NCBI RefSeq assembly: GCF_009914755.1
Contig: NC_060941.1
DNA length: 64,000 nucleotides
Source: the human T2T-CHM13v2.0 reference genome, Homo sapiens
Strand: one strand, 5' to 3'
The position numbers and the translations under genes were made by a program. Every line of letters starts with the position of its first letter. Within the stretch, counting starts at the first letter, position 1. The notes beneath the pieces are model-generated. The model made no database searches, was not told the DNA's origin, and worked only from the letters and a program-made list of their open reading frames with translations. Below are positions 16,161 to 42,160 of the stretch, one piece after another.

Positions 16161-16225
16161 GGCATTGATGCAGTGATGTCAGCAAAATGGCAACCAGGAA
16201 GTCCCAAACATTTAACAACTTCTCA

Positions 16226-18778
<2,553 letters not shown>

Positions 18779-19039
18779 TATATGAACATTTTTCTGGCAT
18801 TATTCCATCCCCCAGGCTGGAAAAGCAGGTGCCAAGAGGGATCCTGCCAGCAGCAACTTCCCCTCATGAGGGGAAAAGAAGAGTAGGAGATCCTTCAGGA
18901 CCTCTCTCCACTTTGGACACCTTTCCCCACTGAGGACCTCCACAGTCTTTGCCAATGCTGACTCCACCTGACACAGCCGGGCAGAGCCCAAGCAATTGCA
19001 CCCCCATCTCTGGAGACAAAGCAGGAACCGCTGCTACAT

Positions 19040-19345
19040 GCCAATATCCCTGATGAACATAGATACAAAATCCCTGAAGAAATACTAGCAAACCCAATTT
19101 AATGGCCCATACACCACAATCCAGTGGGATGTATCCCTAGGGTACAAGAATGATTGACAGATGCAAATCAATCAATGTGATACACCACATTAAGAGAACA
19201 AAATAAAAATGTGTTAACAGAATGAATTTTAAAATGAAAGAAATAAATGATCACAGAGACACAAGTGTCTCAACAGAAGTAGAAAAAAACATTTAACAAA
19301 ATTGAACATTCTTTCTTGATAAGAACTCTCAACAAAATAGCTATA
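19040..19345 (+). mobile_element. Old L1M ORF2 (RT region) fragment
   Basis: CCAATATCCCTGATGAACATAGATACAAAA, equivalent to PISLMNID. Confidence 0.75.
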
Positions 19346-19349
19346 GAGG

Positions 19350-26280
<6,931 letters not shown>

Positions 26281-26369
26281 GCCCCAACTGGTTAGTACTA
26301 AAAAATGCCCAAGCTACAGCATCACAAGGTAAAATGGGAACCCAATCCAAAGTGGGGTGGGTCGCTTTA

Positions 26370-26706
<337 letters not shown>

Positions 26707-27034
26707 ATGAACTCGATTGCCTTCCACAGCACCCCTAATTCCAATGCGCATCCTTCTAGCAAAGGGGAGAAGAAGAGGAGTCAGAAGTAAGGGAAAACAG
26801 GGGGAGGAGCCAACAAGGCCGAATAGGAACAGCTCCGGTCTACAGCTCCCAGCGTGAGCGACGCAGAAGACGGGTGATTTCTGCATTTCCATCTGAGGTA
26901 CCGGGTTCATCTCACTAGGGAGTGCCAGACAGTGGGCGCAGGCCAGTGGGTGCGCGCACCGTGCGCAAGCCGAAGCAGGGCGAGGCATTGCCTCACCTGG
27001 TAAGCGCAAGGGGTCAGGGAGTTCCCTTTCCGAG

Positions 27035-27250
27035 TCAAAGAAAGGGGTGACGGACGCACCTGGAAAATCGGGTCACTCCCACCTGAATATTGCGCTTTTC
27101 AGACCAGCTTAAAAACCGGCGCACCACGAGACTATATCCCACACCTGGCTCGGAGGGTCCTACGCCCACGGAGTCTCGCTGATGGCTAGCACAGCAGTCT
27201 GAGATCAAACTGCAAGGCGGCTGCGAGGCTGGGGGAGGGGCGCCCGCCAT
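27035..27250 (-). CDS. L1 antisense ORF0, intact (71 aa)
   Basis: [36 protein letters not shown]...RCVRHPFL; ATG at 27250. Confidence 0.8.
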   Translation of the reverse strand: MAGAPPPASQPPCSLISDCCASHQRDSVGVGPSEPGVGYSLVVRRFLSWSEKRNIQVGVTRFSRCVRHPFL

Positions 27251-27705
27251 TGCCCAGGCTTGCTTAGGTAAACAAAGCAGCCGGGAAGCTCCAACTGGGT
27301 GGAGCCCACCACAGCTCAAGGAGGCCTGCCGGCAACTGTAGGCTCCACCTCTGGGGGCAGGGCACAGACAAACAAAAAGACAGCAGTAACCTCTGCAGAC
27401 TTAAATGTCCCTGTCTGACAGCTTTGAAGAGAGCAGTGGTTCTCCCAGCACGCAGCTGGAGATCTGAGAACCGGCAGACTGCCTCCTCAAGTGGGTCCCT
27501 GACCCCTGACCCCCGAGCAGCCTAACTGGGAGGCACCCCCCAGCAGGGGCACACTGACACCTCACAAGGCAGGGTACTCCAACAGACCTGCAGCTCAGGG
27601 TCCTGTCTGTTAGAAGGAAAACTAACAAACAGAAAGGACATCTACACCAAAAACCCATCTGTACATCACCATCATCAAAGACCAAAAGTAGATAAAACCA
27701 CAAAG

Positions 27706-28723
27706 ATGGGGAAAAAACAGAACAGAAAAACTGGAAACTCTAAAACGCAGAGCACCTCTCCTCCTCCAAAGGAATGCAGTTCCTCACCAGCAACGGAACA
27801 AAGCTGGATGGAGAATGACTTTGACGAGCTGAGAGAAGAAGGCTTCAGACGATCAAATTACTCTGAGCTACGGGAGGACTTTCAAACCAAAGGCAAAGAA
27901 GTTGAAAACTTTGAAAAAAATTTAGAAGAATATATAACTAGAATAACCAATACAGAGAAGTGCTTAAAGGAGCTGATGGAGCTGAAAACCAAGGCTCGAG
28001 AACTACGTGAAGAATGCAGAAGCCTCAGGAGCCGATGCGATCAACTGGAAGAAAGGGTATCAGCGATGGAAGATGAAATGAATGAAATGAAGCCAGAAGG
28101 GAAGTTTAGAGGAAAAAGAATAAAAAGAAATGAGCAAAGCCTCCAAGAAATATGGGACTATGTGAAAAGACCAAATTTACGTCTGATTGGTGTACCTGAA
28201 AGTGATGGGGAGAATGGAACCAAGTTGGAAAACACTCTGCAGGATATTATCCAGGAGAACTTCCCCAATCTAGCAAGGCAGGCCAACGTTCAGATTCAGG
28301 AAATACAGAGAACACCACAAAGATACTCCTTGAGAAGAGCAACTCCAAGACACGTAATTGTCAGATTCACCAAAGTTGAAATGAAGGAAAAAATGTTAAG
28401 GGCAGCCAGAGAGAAAGGTCGGGTTACCCCTCAAAGGGAAGCCCATCAGACGAACAGCTGATCTCTCGGCAGAAACCCTACAAGCCAGAAGACAGTGGGG
28501 GCCAATATTCAACATTCTTAAAGACAAGAATTTTCAACCCAGAATTTCATATCCAGCCAAACTAAGCTTCATAAGTGAAGGAGAAAAAAAATCCTTTACA
28601 GACAAGCAAATGCTGAGAGATTTTGTCACCACCAGGCCTGCACTAAAAGAGCTCCTGAAGGAAGCGCTAAACATGGAAAGGAACAACTGGTACCAGCTGC
28701 TGCAAAATCATGCCAAAATGTAA
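27706..28723 (+). pseudogene. L1 ORF1 with a single +1 frameshift (product stops at 251 aa)
   Basis: ATG to normal TAA spans 1018 nt = 339 codons + 1; extra C in CCCC 28427-28430. Confidence 0.93.
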
Positions 28724-28759
28724 AGACCATGGAGAATAGGAAGAAACTGCATCAACTAA

Positions 28760-32473
<3,714 letters not shown>

Positions 32474-33390
32474 TATGCAGCCATAAAAAATGATGAGTTC
32501 ATGTCCTTTGTAGGGACATGGATGAAATTGGAAATCATTATTCTCAGTAAACTATTGCAAGAACAAAAAACCAAACACCGCATATTCTCACTCATAGGTG
32601 GGAATTGAACAATGAGATCACATGGACACAGGAAGGGGAATATCACACTCTGGCAACTGTGGTGGGGTGGGGGGAGGGGGGAGGGATAGCATTGGGAGAT
32701 ATACCTAATGCTAGATGATGAGTTAGTGGGTGCAGTGCACCACCACGGCACATGTATATGTATGTAACTAACCTGCACAATGTGCACATGTACCCTAAAA
32801 CTTAAAGTATAATTAAAAAAAAAAAAAAAAGAAGTAAGGGAAAACGTTGAGGAGTTACAAGTAAGTTGTCCTGAAAGTGACAGACTCCTGTCAGTGGTGG
32901 GGACTCCATGGAAGCTCAGGGTCTGGGGTGAGTCCATCCAGAGGTGGTACAGGGGGAGAGGAGCTACATAGAATGGGCTGTGCTCTATGTGCAGCCAGCA
33001 CAAGACAGGAGAAGAGAGAGTGGGGGGGATGGGGATGAACAACAGTATAAACAGCCAGGATAGGAGGGCTTGGGTCTCAGGGGGTGGACAGAAACACCAG
33101 GATGCCAGTGACCTCTAAGGGCCATGTTCCCTCCACAGGACTAAGGACTCAGGCACTGGACAGGATGACTGGCTCTGTCAGACCTCAGAGTACAGACTGA
33201 GCAAGAACCTCACCCACCTCAAGTATGGGAACATTCCCTGTAAAGTAACACTGAGCACAGCGTGTTCCTGCCAAAGCCTCCCTGCTGAGGCTGCTGAGAA
33301 CTTCCTAAATCCCTTCAAGAGTCACTGAAGGTAGACGTTGCTATCAACCTGTACTATATAAGGAAACTGAGGCTCAAAGAGGTTAAGTGA

Positions 33391-34090
33391 CAAAAAACTA
33401 AAAATAAATCTACCATATGATCCAGCAATCTCACTGCTGAATATATGTCCAAAAGAGAGGAATATATAGAAGTACATAGAAGATCTATCTGCTCTGCTAT
33501 ACTTGTTATAGCATTATTCACAATAGCCAAGATATGGAATCACCCGAAGTGTCCATCAATGGATAACTGGATAAAGAAAATGTGGTATACACAATGGAAT
33601 ATTATGCAGCCATAAAAAAGAATGAGATTCGGTCATTGGCAGCAACATGGATGAACCTGAGAGACATCATATTAAGTGAAATAAGCCAAGCTCAGAAAGA
33701 CAAATATTGCATGTTCTCACTCATGCATGGGAGCTAAAAAAATTGATCTCATGAAGGTAAAGAGTAGAATGATGATTAACAGAGGCTACAAAAGGTAGGG
33801 AGAAGGAGGGAATGAAGAGAGTTTGCTTAATGGGTACAAAAATACAGTTAGAAGGAATAAGTTGTGGTGTTTGATAGCTCAGCAGGGTGGCTATAGTTAA
33901 TAACATTTTCTATATCTCAGAATACCTAGAAGATCTAGAATGCTCTCAACATAAAAATATGATAAATGTTTGAGATGATGGATATTCCAAATACCTTGAT
34001 TTGATTATATATAGTACGCATGTATCAGAATATCACATGCTTCTCATAAATATATGCAATTATAATGTATGAAAAATAAATAGATAAATG
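33391..34090 (+). mobile_element. L1MA-type 3' end inserted into a MIR-derived segment
   Basis: CCATATGATCCAGCAATC and 3'UTR; flanks GAAACTGAGGCTCAAAGAGGTTAAGTGA / TGCCCCCAAGTCATAC are MIR core. Confidence 0.85.
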
Positions 34091-36303
34091 AAACTGAGTG
34101 AGTTGCCCCCAAGTCATACCCTGATAAGTAGCAGAATCTGGATCTGATCGTGATTCTTTTGACTCCAAATGCTATTCTTCGGTATGGTGTGCTTAGGAAT
34201 GAATGGCAATCAAGAGCTTACATTTGCACCTGAGTAGTTCCTCCTAGCCAGCTATTGTTCATTCTGATTGGGGTCTCTCCCACTGATGGTCCCAGAGATC
34301 TTCTCGTGTTCTCGTGTGTCTCCTGAGTTCCTTCCATCAGTGCCTTGAAAACACAGACTCCCCTCAACCCCACCCCTAGACTTCGTGTCTGGAGGTTCTC
34401 ACATACTCTTTCTTCTGCCTGAAACATTCTCTTCTCTCCCACCATCCACTCCCTATCTCTTCATTTAACTTCTATTCATCCCTTAGGTCACAACATGAGC
34501 ACCCCAAAGAGGACTTTCTGCACCTTCCTGGCTATTCTGATATTTCTAATATCCCCCTATTTTAACACCACTAGAATTTCCAATATTTATTTGATTACAT
34601 CTATCACCAGATAAAAGCTTCAATAAGTCAGGACCCCTATATGTTTTGTTCTGCGTGTGATTCCTCAGTACCTAAAATAACTCATGGCACAAAAGAGATA
34701 TTCAAGGAATACTGGATGCTGGAGTCAATGAAGACATGAACACTGGAAGATGTATAATTCAACCTTTTCATTCTACAATTAGAAAACCGAGGCACAGGGA
34801 AGTAAACAAAAAGCTAGTTTCCCTGGATTCGTGAGCGTGTGTGGCAGGGTGAGTGCTAGCCACTGACCATATATTCCAAGAAGTCTAGGACCCTGTACTG
34901 TCTGCAACACAGTGGAATGGGTCAACGGTAGGCTTGCCTTGATGCAAAGCAAGAGATCATTCCCACCCAAACCTGTAACCCTTGAATGTCAAGGACCAGT
35001 CTGCTAGAAAAGTATTTCTCAGTCAAAGCACAACCCCCCCGGCCTTGTTTTTTTTTTAGAGTGCCCAACTTTCTGAGACTCCCAGCTGGGATGAAAGTAT
35101 GAAATACACAGCCATCCTAAAAGGCTCATCCTGAGATTGTCTCTGTGAAGGGAAACCCTTCTTTCACGAGTTGGTCCTTTAGCCCAGTGGGGCTGGCTCT
35201 GAATCACTCCAGGTCCCCTTGTTTGTGAAGCTGGCCCTGGCCACACCAGCCTGCAGGGATCCTTCTGTGGCTTCACTCCCATATTACCTATTTTCTGTAC
35301 CCTTCATCTGGTGATGCCCACAGACTGTCTTTGGAATATCTTGACTTCAGCTTGGAGAGACGTTTACACTTATGTCATCTTTCTTTCCAAACAGTACAAG
35401 GATCAAGATTTCATATTCGCTTACCAGAGGCTTGGATCTTTACTTTCTTACCTAACCCAGACTCTTCAGAGATGAACAGCATGTTACTTCCTTACAATAA
35501 ATGAATAAACAGATATATAATTGGTTCCTTTTCTCTATATATTATACTATGTGTTTTACATAAGTATATATAATTTTATATATTATATAAATAAAATTGG
35601 TTCTATTTCAGATTTGTGTGTGTATGTGTGTGTATATATATTACCATTTCTCTGGAGAGCCAATATGCTTTCCCTGTGAACAAAAATGACAATGGAAAAT
35701 AAAAATAAGGATAGCGAATTCTTTATAGCTGCAGAGGGCTGACAACATCCCGAACTGAAAATCTGGTTCAGAGATACTACTCTGACAAGATCTTAAACTG
35801 AAAATAAGGCACAAAATTATCTCACTCTCTTTTTCTAGTATAAAGGCTCATATAAAATTTTTCAACTGTAAGCATCCTATTCGGTTTTTAGTTCAAAATA
35901 AATATATCCTCGAATAGAAGTTTTTTTCAAGACACTTTAATTTTCAAATATTATTTTTATATCTTATGGAATGTGATCTTTAATCTTGTGTCTTTCAGGC
36001 ATGTTAACCTGATGGCCTCAATTAATTAGTTAATTGACTAAATAATGATTTCAAATTTGCACCTCTGATTTCTGGAACTATTCGTACTACCTGCTTTTTT
36101 TGTTTGTTTTTTGTTTTTTTAGTTGCTAGAGACTTGGAATTTCACCCATTTTCTATTTCTGCTTAAAGATAAATGTAATGTCTGACTCCAGTGGACTTCT
36201 TTAAACTAAAATATGAGTTTACTGCTCACTCTATGACATCATATTTTCAATGACTTTATTTTCATTAAGTTTGTTTCTTTTTTACACTGTCTCTCAGTTT
36301 TAA

Positions 36304-36617
<314 letters not shown>

Positions 36618-36865
36618 GAAAAATAATTTTTTTAAAAAAATTTTGCTAATTCTTAAATTCTGTTCAAGTAAAAAACTGTATTCCAAGTATCTATTCCTGT
36701 GATCATATAGGCCACAGCTGATGTGATACAATGACTTTTTTATTCTACTAGTGGATATCTAGTTAACTAGAAGGCTTAACATATTTAAACTTTTTTTTCT
36801 CTATTTATAAACTCAAGAACCAAACAATAACCTGAGTCACAAGAATTGGAATATATTTTGCTCCT

Positions 36866-37024
36866 ATTAGGACAAATACCTAATATGCATGCGGGGTTTA
36901 AAACCTAGATGATGGGTTGATAGGTACAGCAAACCACCATGGCACATGTATACCTATGGAACAAACCTGCACGTTCTGCACATGTATCCAAGAACTTAAA
37001 ATAAAAAGTAACAATTAAAAAAAG
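36866..37024 (+). mobile_element. Short L1PA (PA8-like) 3' end
   Basis: TSD AATA(T/C)ATTTTGCTCCT. Confidence 0.85.
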
Positions 37025-37361
37025 AATACATTTTGCTCCTTGCATTTCTTCCCAGTCTTCAGATTCATGGTCTTTGTTAAGTTATTCAAAGATTTAAAAT
37101 ACAGGTTATTCCAAAAAAAAATTTAATTTGTGCAAATAAGATTTTATTTTAATAGGATATTTTCACCACATGTTGTAAATATATCCACAATAGAAATAAC
37201 CTAGCTGGGTATACTTTGAGTTGTGAAATTTTCCTCTTAAAACTCTAATAATTCTTCAGTGTTTTCTTGCATTGATGTTTTGTAGGGAGAAGTCTAAAGC
37301 TAATTTGACCTTTTATTTCTCTTTAGGTAATCCTTTATTCCCTGGCATTAAACTTTCAACT

Positions 37362-37600
37362 ATTTTCTTATTATACTTTCAGTTTTAGGGTACATGTGCA
37401 CAACGTATGTTGTTACATATGTATACATGTGCCATGTTGGTGTGCTGCACCCATTAACTCGTCATTTACATTAGGTATATCTCCTAATGCCATCCCTCCC
37501 CGCTCCCCCCACCCCACAAAGGATTTATAATCCTTTGGGTATATACCCAGTAATGGGACGGCTGGGTCAAATGGTATTTCTAGTTCTAGATCCCTGAGGA
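37362..37600 (-). mobile_element. L1PA 3' end with internal deletion
   Basis: TTATACTTT..GTTTTAGGGTACATGTG...CCCCACAA joined directly to ORF2-end sequence. Confidence 0.85.
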
Positions 37601-37750
37601 TCTAAAAAAAAAATTTCCTGTCACTAAAATACCAAAATATTACTAAGATACATCTATGGATAATTTCATTAATAGTCTCAAAACTACAGTGAGGCTTTCC
37701 ATTTGTGATCTGAGGTTTTCGATTTTCTAAAACATTTCCTTTTTTGTAAC

Positions 37751-38053
37751 TTTTTTTTTTTTTTTTTTTTGAGACAGAGTCTGGCTCTGTAGCCCAGGCT
37801 GGAGTGCAGTGGTTGTGATCTCGGCTCACTGCAACCTCCGCCTTCTGGGTTCAAGTGATTCTCCTGCCTCAGCTTCTGGAGTAGCTGGGACTACAGGTGT
37901 GTGCCACCACGCCAGAATAATTTTAGTATTTTTAATAGAGACAGGGTTTTGCCATGTTGGCCAGGTTGGTCTCGAACTCCTGACCTCAGGTGATCTACCT
38001 GCCTCAGCCTCCCAAAGTGCTAGGATTACAGGCATGAGCCACCGTGCCTGGCC
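37751..38053 (-). mobile_element. AluS
   Basis: Dimer, T tail, TSD TGTAACTTT. Confidence 0.92.
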
Positions 38054-38710
38054 TGTAACTTTAATTGTTGCTTTTGTTCTATTTGTTCTGCTTTCTTTTT
38101 ATGAAACTATTACTCCGAAGTGAGAGATCCACATTTTCTCCAATGTTTTTCATTTTCTTTCCTTATTGTTTTAAACTCTTTATCTTTTTAATCTTCTTTA
38201 AGGAAAGACTTCTGAAGTCAGTTCTACATGTTATTAATTTATTTTCTGAAATGACAATTTGGCTAAAATGCCAATTAAAATCTTTTTCTGTCCCTTTTTT
38301 ATTTCTGTTTGCCGTTTTCTGGTCAACTTTATTTTCATTGAGTTTGTTTCTTTTTTTTTTATATACAGTCTCTCAGTTTTAATGTCTTAAGAAGAAGAAA
38401 AATAATTTAAAAATTTTTGGTTCATTCTTAAATTGTGTTCAAGTATAAAACTTTGTCCCAAGTATCTAAAATGTTGATTGCTGTTTTTTATTCTGCAAAT
38501 ATTTTTCATTGATCATTCCTTTTATACAAAATGTCTGTAAAAAAGAAGGGATTTAACCAAACCTGGAATTTGCCAACGAACAAATGTACTCTCTCTTATC
38601 TGCAGGTTTTTCTCTTTGGGGGATAAGTGGAATATAGTGATTTCCTTCATAAGTTAATGAAATCTGCAGTCACAGCCCACAGAAAATATGTGCAAATGTT
38701 TGAAAGTTAA

Positions 38711-39024
<314 letters not shown>

Positions 39025-40086
39025 TCTTTATAGTTCTTTTCTATGCCCGTGTGCAACTCCTTGTGCCTAATGAGTACCCAGTCAACAAAACCTGGAAGTA
39101 GTAAGACATTCTGAGAAGGACCTCAATAGTGAAATGTTGTTACTAGGAAGAAAACATTTATTGTGGGATGTCATATCTGTGTTTTTGGAAACTGTGTCCT
39201 AGAAACTACAGCATGAGCTGAACACAGGGCAAGTAAAAATAGAGCAAACAGGATGGTGTGACCTGAAACATATCTAGAAGAAAATGCAATTGAACAAAAG
39301 TTGTTGCAACATGCAGCGTTTGCAGAATCTCCTAGAAGATTTTAGAGAGTTGTCCAACAATTACATAACTAGTTTAGGTGTTAGTAAATAATAGATAATG
39401 TTTACTAAATGCTAACTGTGGGCCAGGCTCAGTTTTAAAAACTTTTCAGGTATTAATTTGGTGCTCATAATAACTTCATGAGGATGTTATTATTATTATT
39501 TCTATTTTGCAGATGAGTATATAAGTTAATAACTGTCCAAGGTCAGTTTCAGGTGATATGCGCAGAGCCAGGATTGAAAACTAGCCAGGGCTTATAGCGT
39601 TCATCATTGCCCTAAACAAAAACATAGTAACTTCTCTGCCAGTGGAGGTGTTAAGTCATAGTATCATGACCGTTAATTAAAGCTATTATAAAAGTGGCAG
39701 GCAGGTGAAGTGGACTAGACATATAGGCCCTTTTCATCTCTGAAACTCTAAAAAATTAAAATACCTACCTTTAGTATGCTTGATTTTAAAAGTATGACTC
39801 TTACTCTAACCCTTCTCAAGTCAAATCCTAGAGAAAAGAGAAAATATAATTCTTCTTTGCATCCTAAACACCAGGAAGGATTGAGCATGAGCTAGAAGAA
39901 AGACCAACCACTCAATTGTACTCTAGTCCTTGTAGCTCCCAAGGCATGGTTCCAAGTTTGTGCTAGACAGCAGAGAAGAGGGGTCTGCATTCCAATAAGT
40001 AGGATGAACTAGCTTGGCCCATAGTTTGGACCTTGGAGACATACTCTCCAGGAAATCCTCTTGCCCATCCTTTCCTCTGGGATGAT

Positions 40087-40588
40087 GTTTATTTTGGAAA
40101 ATAAACCTGAGGGGGGCTTCTGGCTGAGTTAGGTTAGAGGCACTCTGTCTTACAGACTAAGAAATTTTAAGGATTCAGGGCAGGAGAGTTTATCAGAGGC
40201 TTGGACTGCTTCTGTGTCTCCTTGTTGTGCTTATCTAGGAGGGAGAGTTGTGTGCCTGTTCCCATACATCTTCCTGCAGCTGCAGGGATACCCCCCGAGT
40301 CTGCTTTTAGCTTCCGTTAGTGCACCTGAAGGGAAAGGAATGTGGTTATTAAGGCCCACTGTTTTACTGGGGCCCATTGTATGAGGGTGAAGTTTGGCAG
40401 TTACCCAACAGACTTTTCCCCCGCCTCCCTCTGTGCCCAAGCTGTCTTATCTGTGTTTCACTGTCTGCTCTTTCTGGCTGCTTGTTGTTAGAAGAGAAGT
40501 GATTTCTTTGAAATGCATGAGGCTAGAAAGAGAGCTGAAACTTAAAGTGGTGGAGTTTGTCCGAGATGAGGGTGCTCCTGCTCTGTCA
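40087..40588 (-). mobile_element. ERV1-class LTR (LTR15-like, tentative), apparently 3'-truncated
   Basis: Begins TGACAGAGCAGGAGCACC on - strand; ends just after AATAAA. Confidence 0.65.
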
Positions 40589-40997
40589 TTAACATCCAGC
40601 CCTGCAGATGTCTGTCATCCAGCCCATGTGCCCAGTAAACTTTCCTCTGGTGTTGGGTTGCTTTAGATCCCACAGTGATTAATTCTATCAACCTCTTCTC
40701 CTTTTCTGGTGCTATTTCTCTTACAGTCTTTAATTTTTTTATTTTATTTTATTGGCTTCTGGTTGTCCTTGCACCAGATTGTCATTCCAAAATGTTGCCC
40801 TATTGATCCGGCATCTAATGTATGGGCCCCATACCTATGTTTACATTAAACCAGAGGGACCTAATGAAGACAGTACAAATTCCTTGTGTTAGTCAAAACC
40901 CTTCATAATTTAACCCCAAATTTCTTTTCCTGACTGAATTCTTCCTAATCCCTTCCCTGTACCCTCGGCTCCTGATAAAGATATATAACACATTTCT

Positions 40998-41313
<316 letters not shown>

Positions 41314-41367
41314 TTAAAATTACCCTCATTACTGAACACTTTGTCCTTGAGTTTTTCTTAATGATAA

Positions 41368-42160
41368 TGCTAGGGAAGCAGGAGCCTGGGAGAGACAGAG
41401 TAACGCCATTTTAAGTACAGCTCCATCTTGAAACTAACAAGGCACATTCCCTGCCAGTCACAACCCACGGTCATAAGACGTTTATAGGTGAGAAAACAGC
41501 CTAAAGATACCTGTAAGGACACATTCCTACAACAGCAAAAAGTCCAGCTGTCCCAATACCTATAACAAGACATGCTTTCAAGAAAATTGTAAGCCAAACC
41601 ATATCACTCTATATATGTCTCAGAATGGTTTTTAGTGTTCTGTACAATATATATTTAAGACCTTTTGTGTTGTAGGGCATGTACATTTTTGAAAATGGAT
41701 GCTAAGGAGAACGTCCTCTGAATCTCTAATTATACCCTCATCACAATGTATGAGAATACACCCACACTTTTGCTCAATATATGAGGAAGTTTTAATTTTA
41801 ATAAATGTGAATGGTGAAAAAAAAGAAAATTATGCTTCGATGTACTCACACAGCAGAATATCAAGAATAGTTTTCTTTAAATCAATAAAATAATAAATTT
41901 TGTCATGCCATCAGCCAACCCGCACATTGTTACAGCTTAGTTTAGTCTTGACATAAACAAGATCCCTATATAAAAACTTGACACAAAGCCAGTGCATTCC
42001 TCTGCTTAGTTTCTGAGGGTGCCCTACCCTGTAAGAGAGTAGCTTTCTAGAGACTACTGCTTCTGACTGCACTCTGCGATTCATCTTGAATTCCATCCTG
42101 TGTGAGATCCAAGAATCCTCTCCTGGGGTCTGAATCAAGACCCCTCTTCCAGGACTGTAA
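41368..42160 (+). mobile_element. ERV1-class solo LTR containing a ~230-bp retroposed insert
   Basis: TG start; CTCCATCTTGAAACT; TATATAAAA; TGAGATCCAAGAATCCTCTCCTGGGGTCTGAATCAAGACCCC end motif. Confidence 0.7.

Noticed and set aside
28421-28440. Programmed frameshift rescuing ORF1
   Set aside because: No XXXYYYZ slippery heptamer at the site; no supporting evidence
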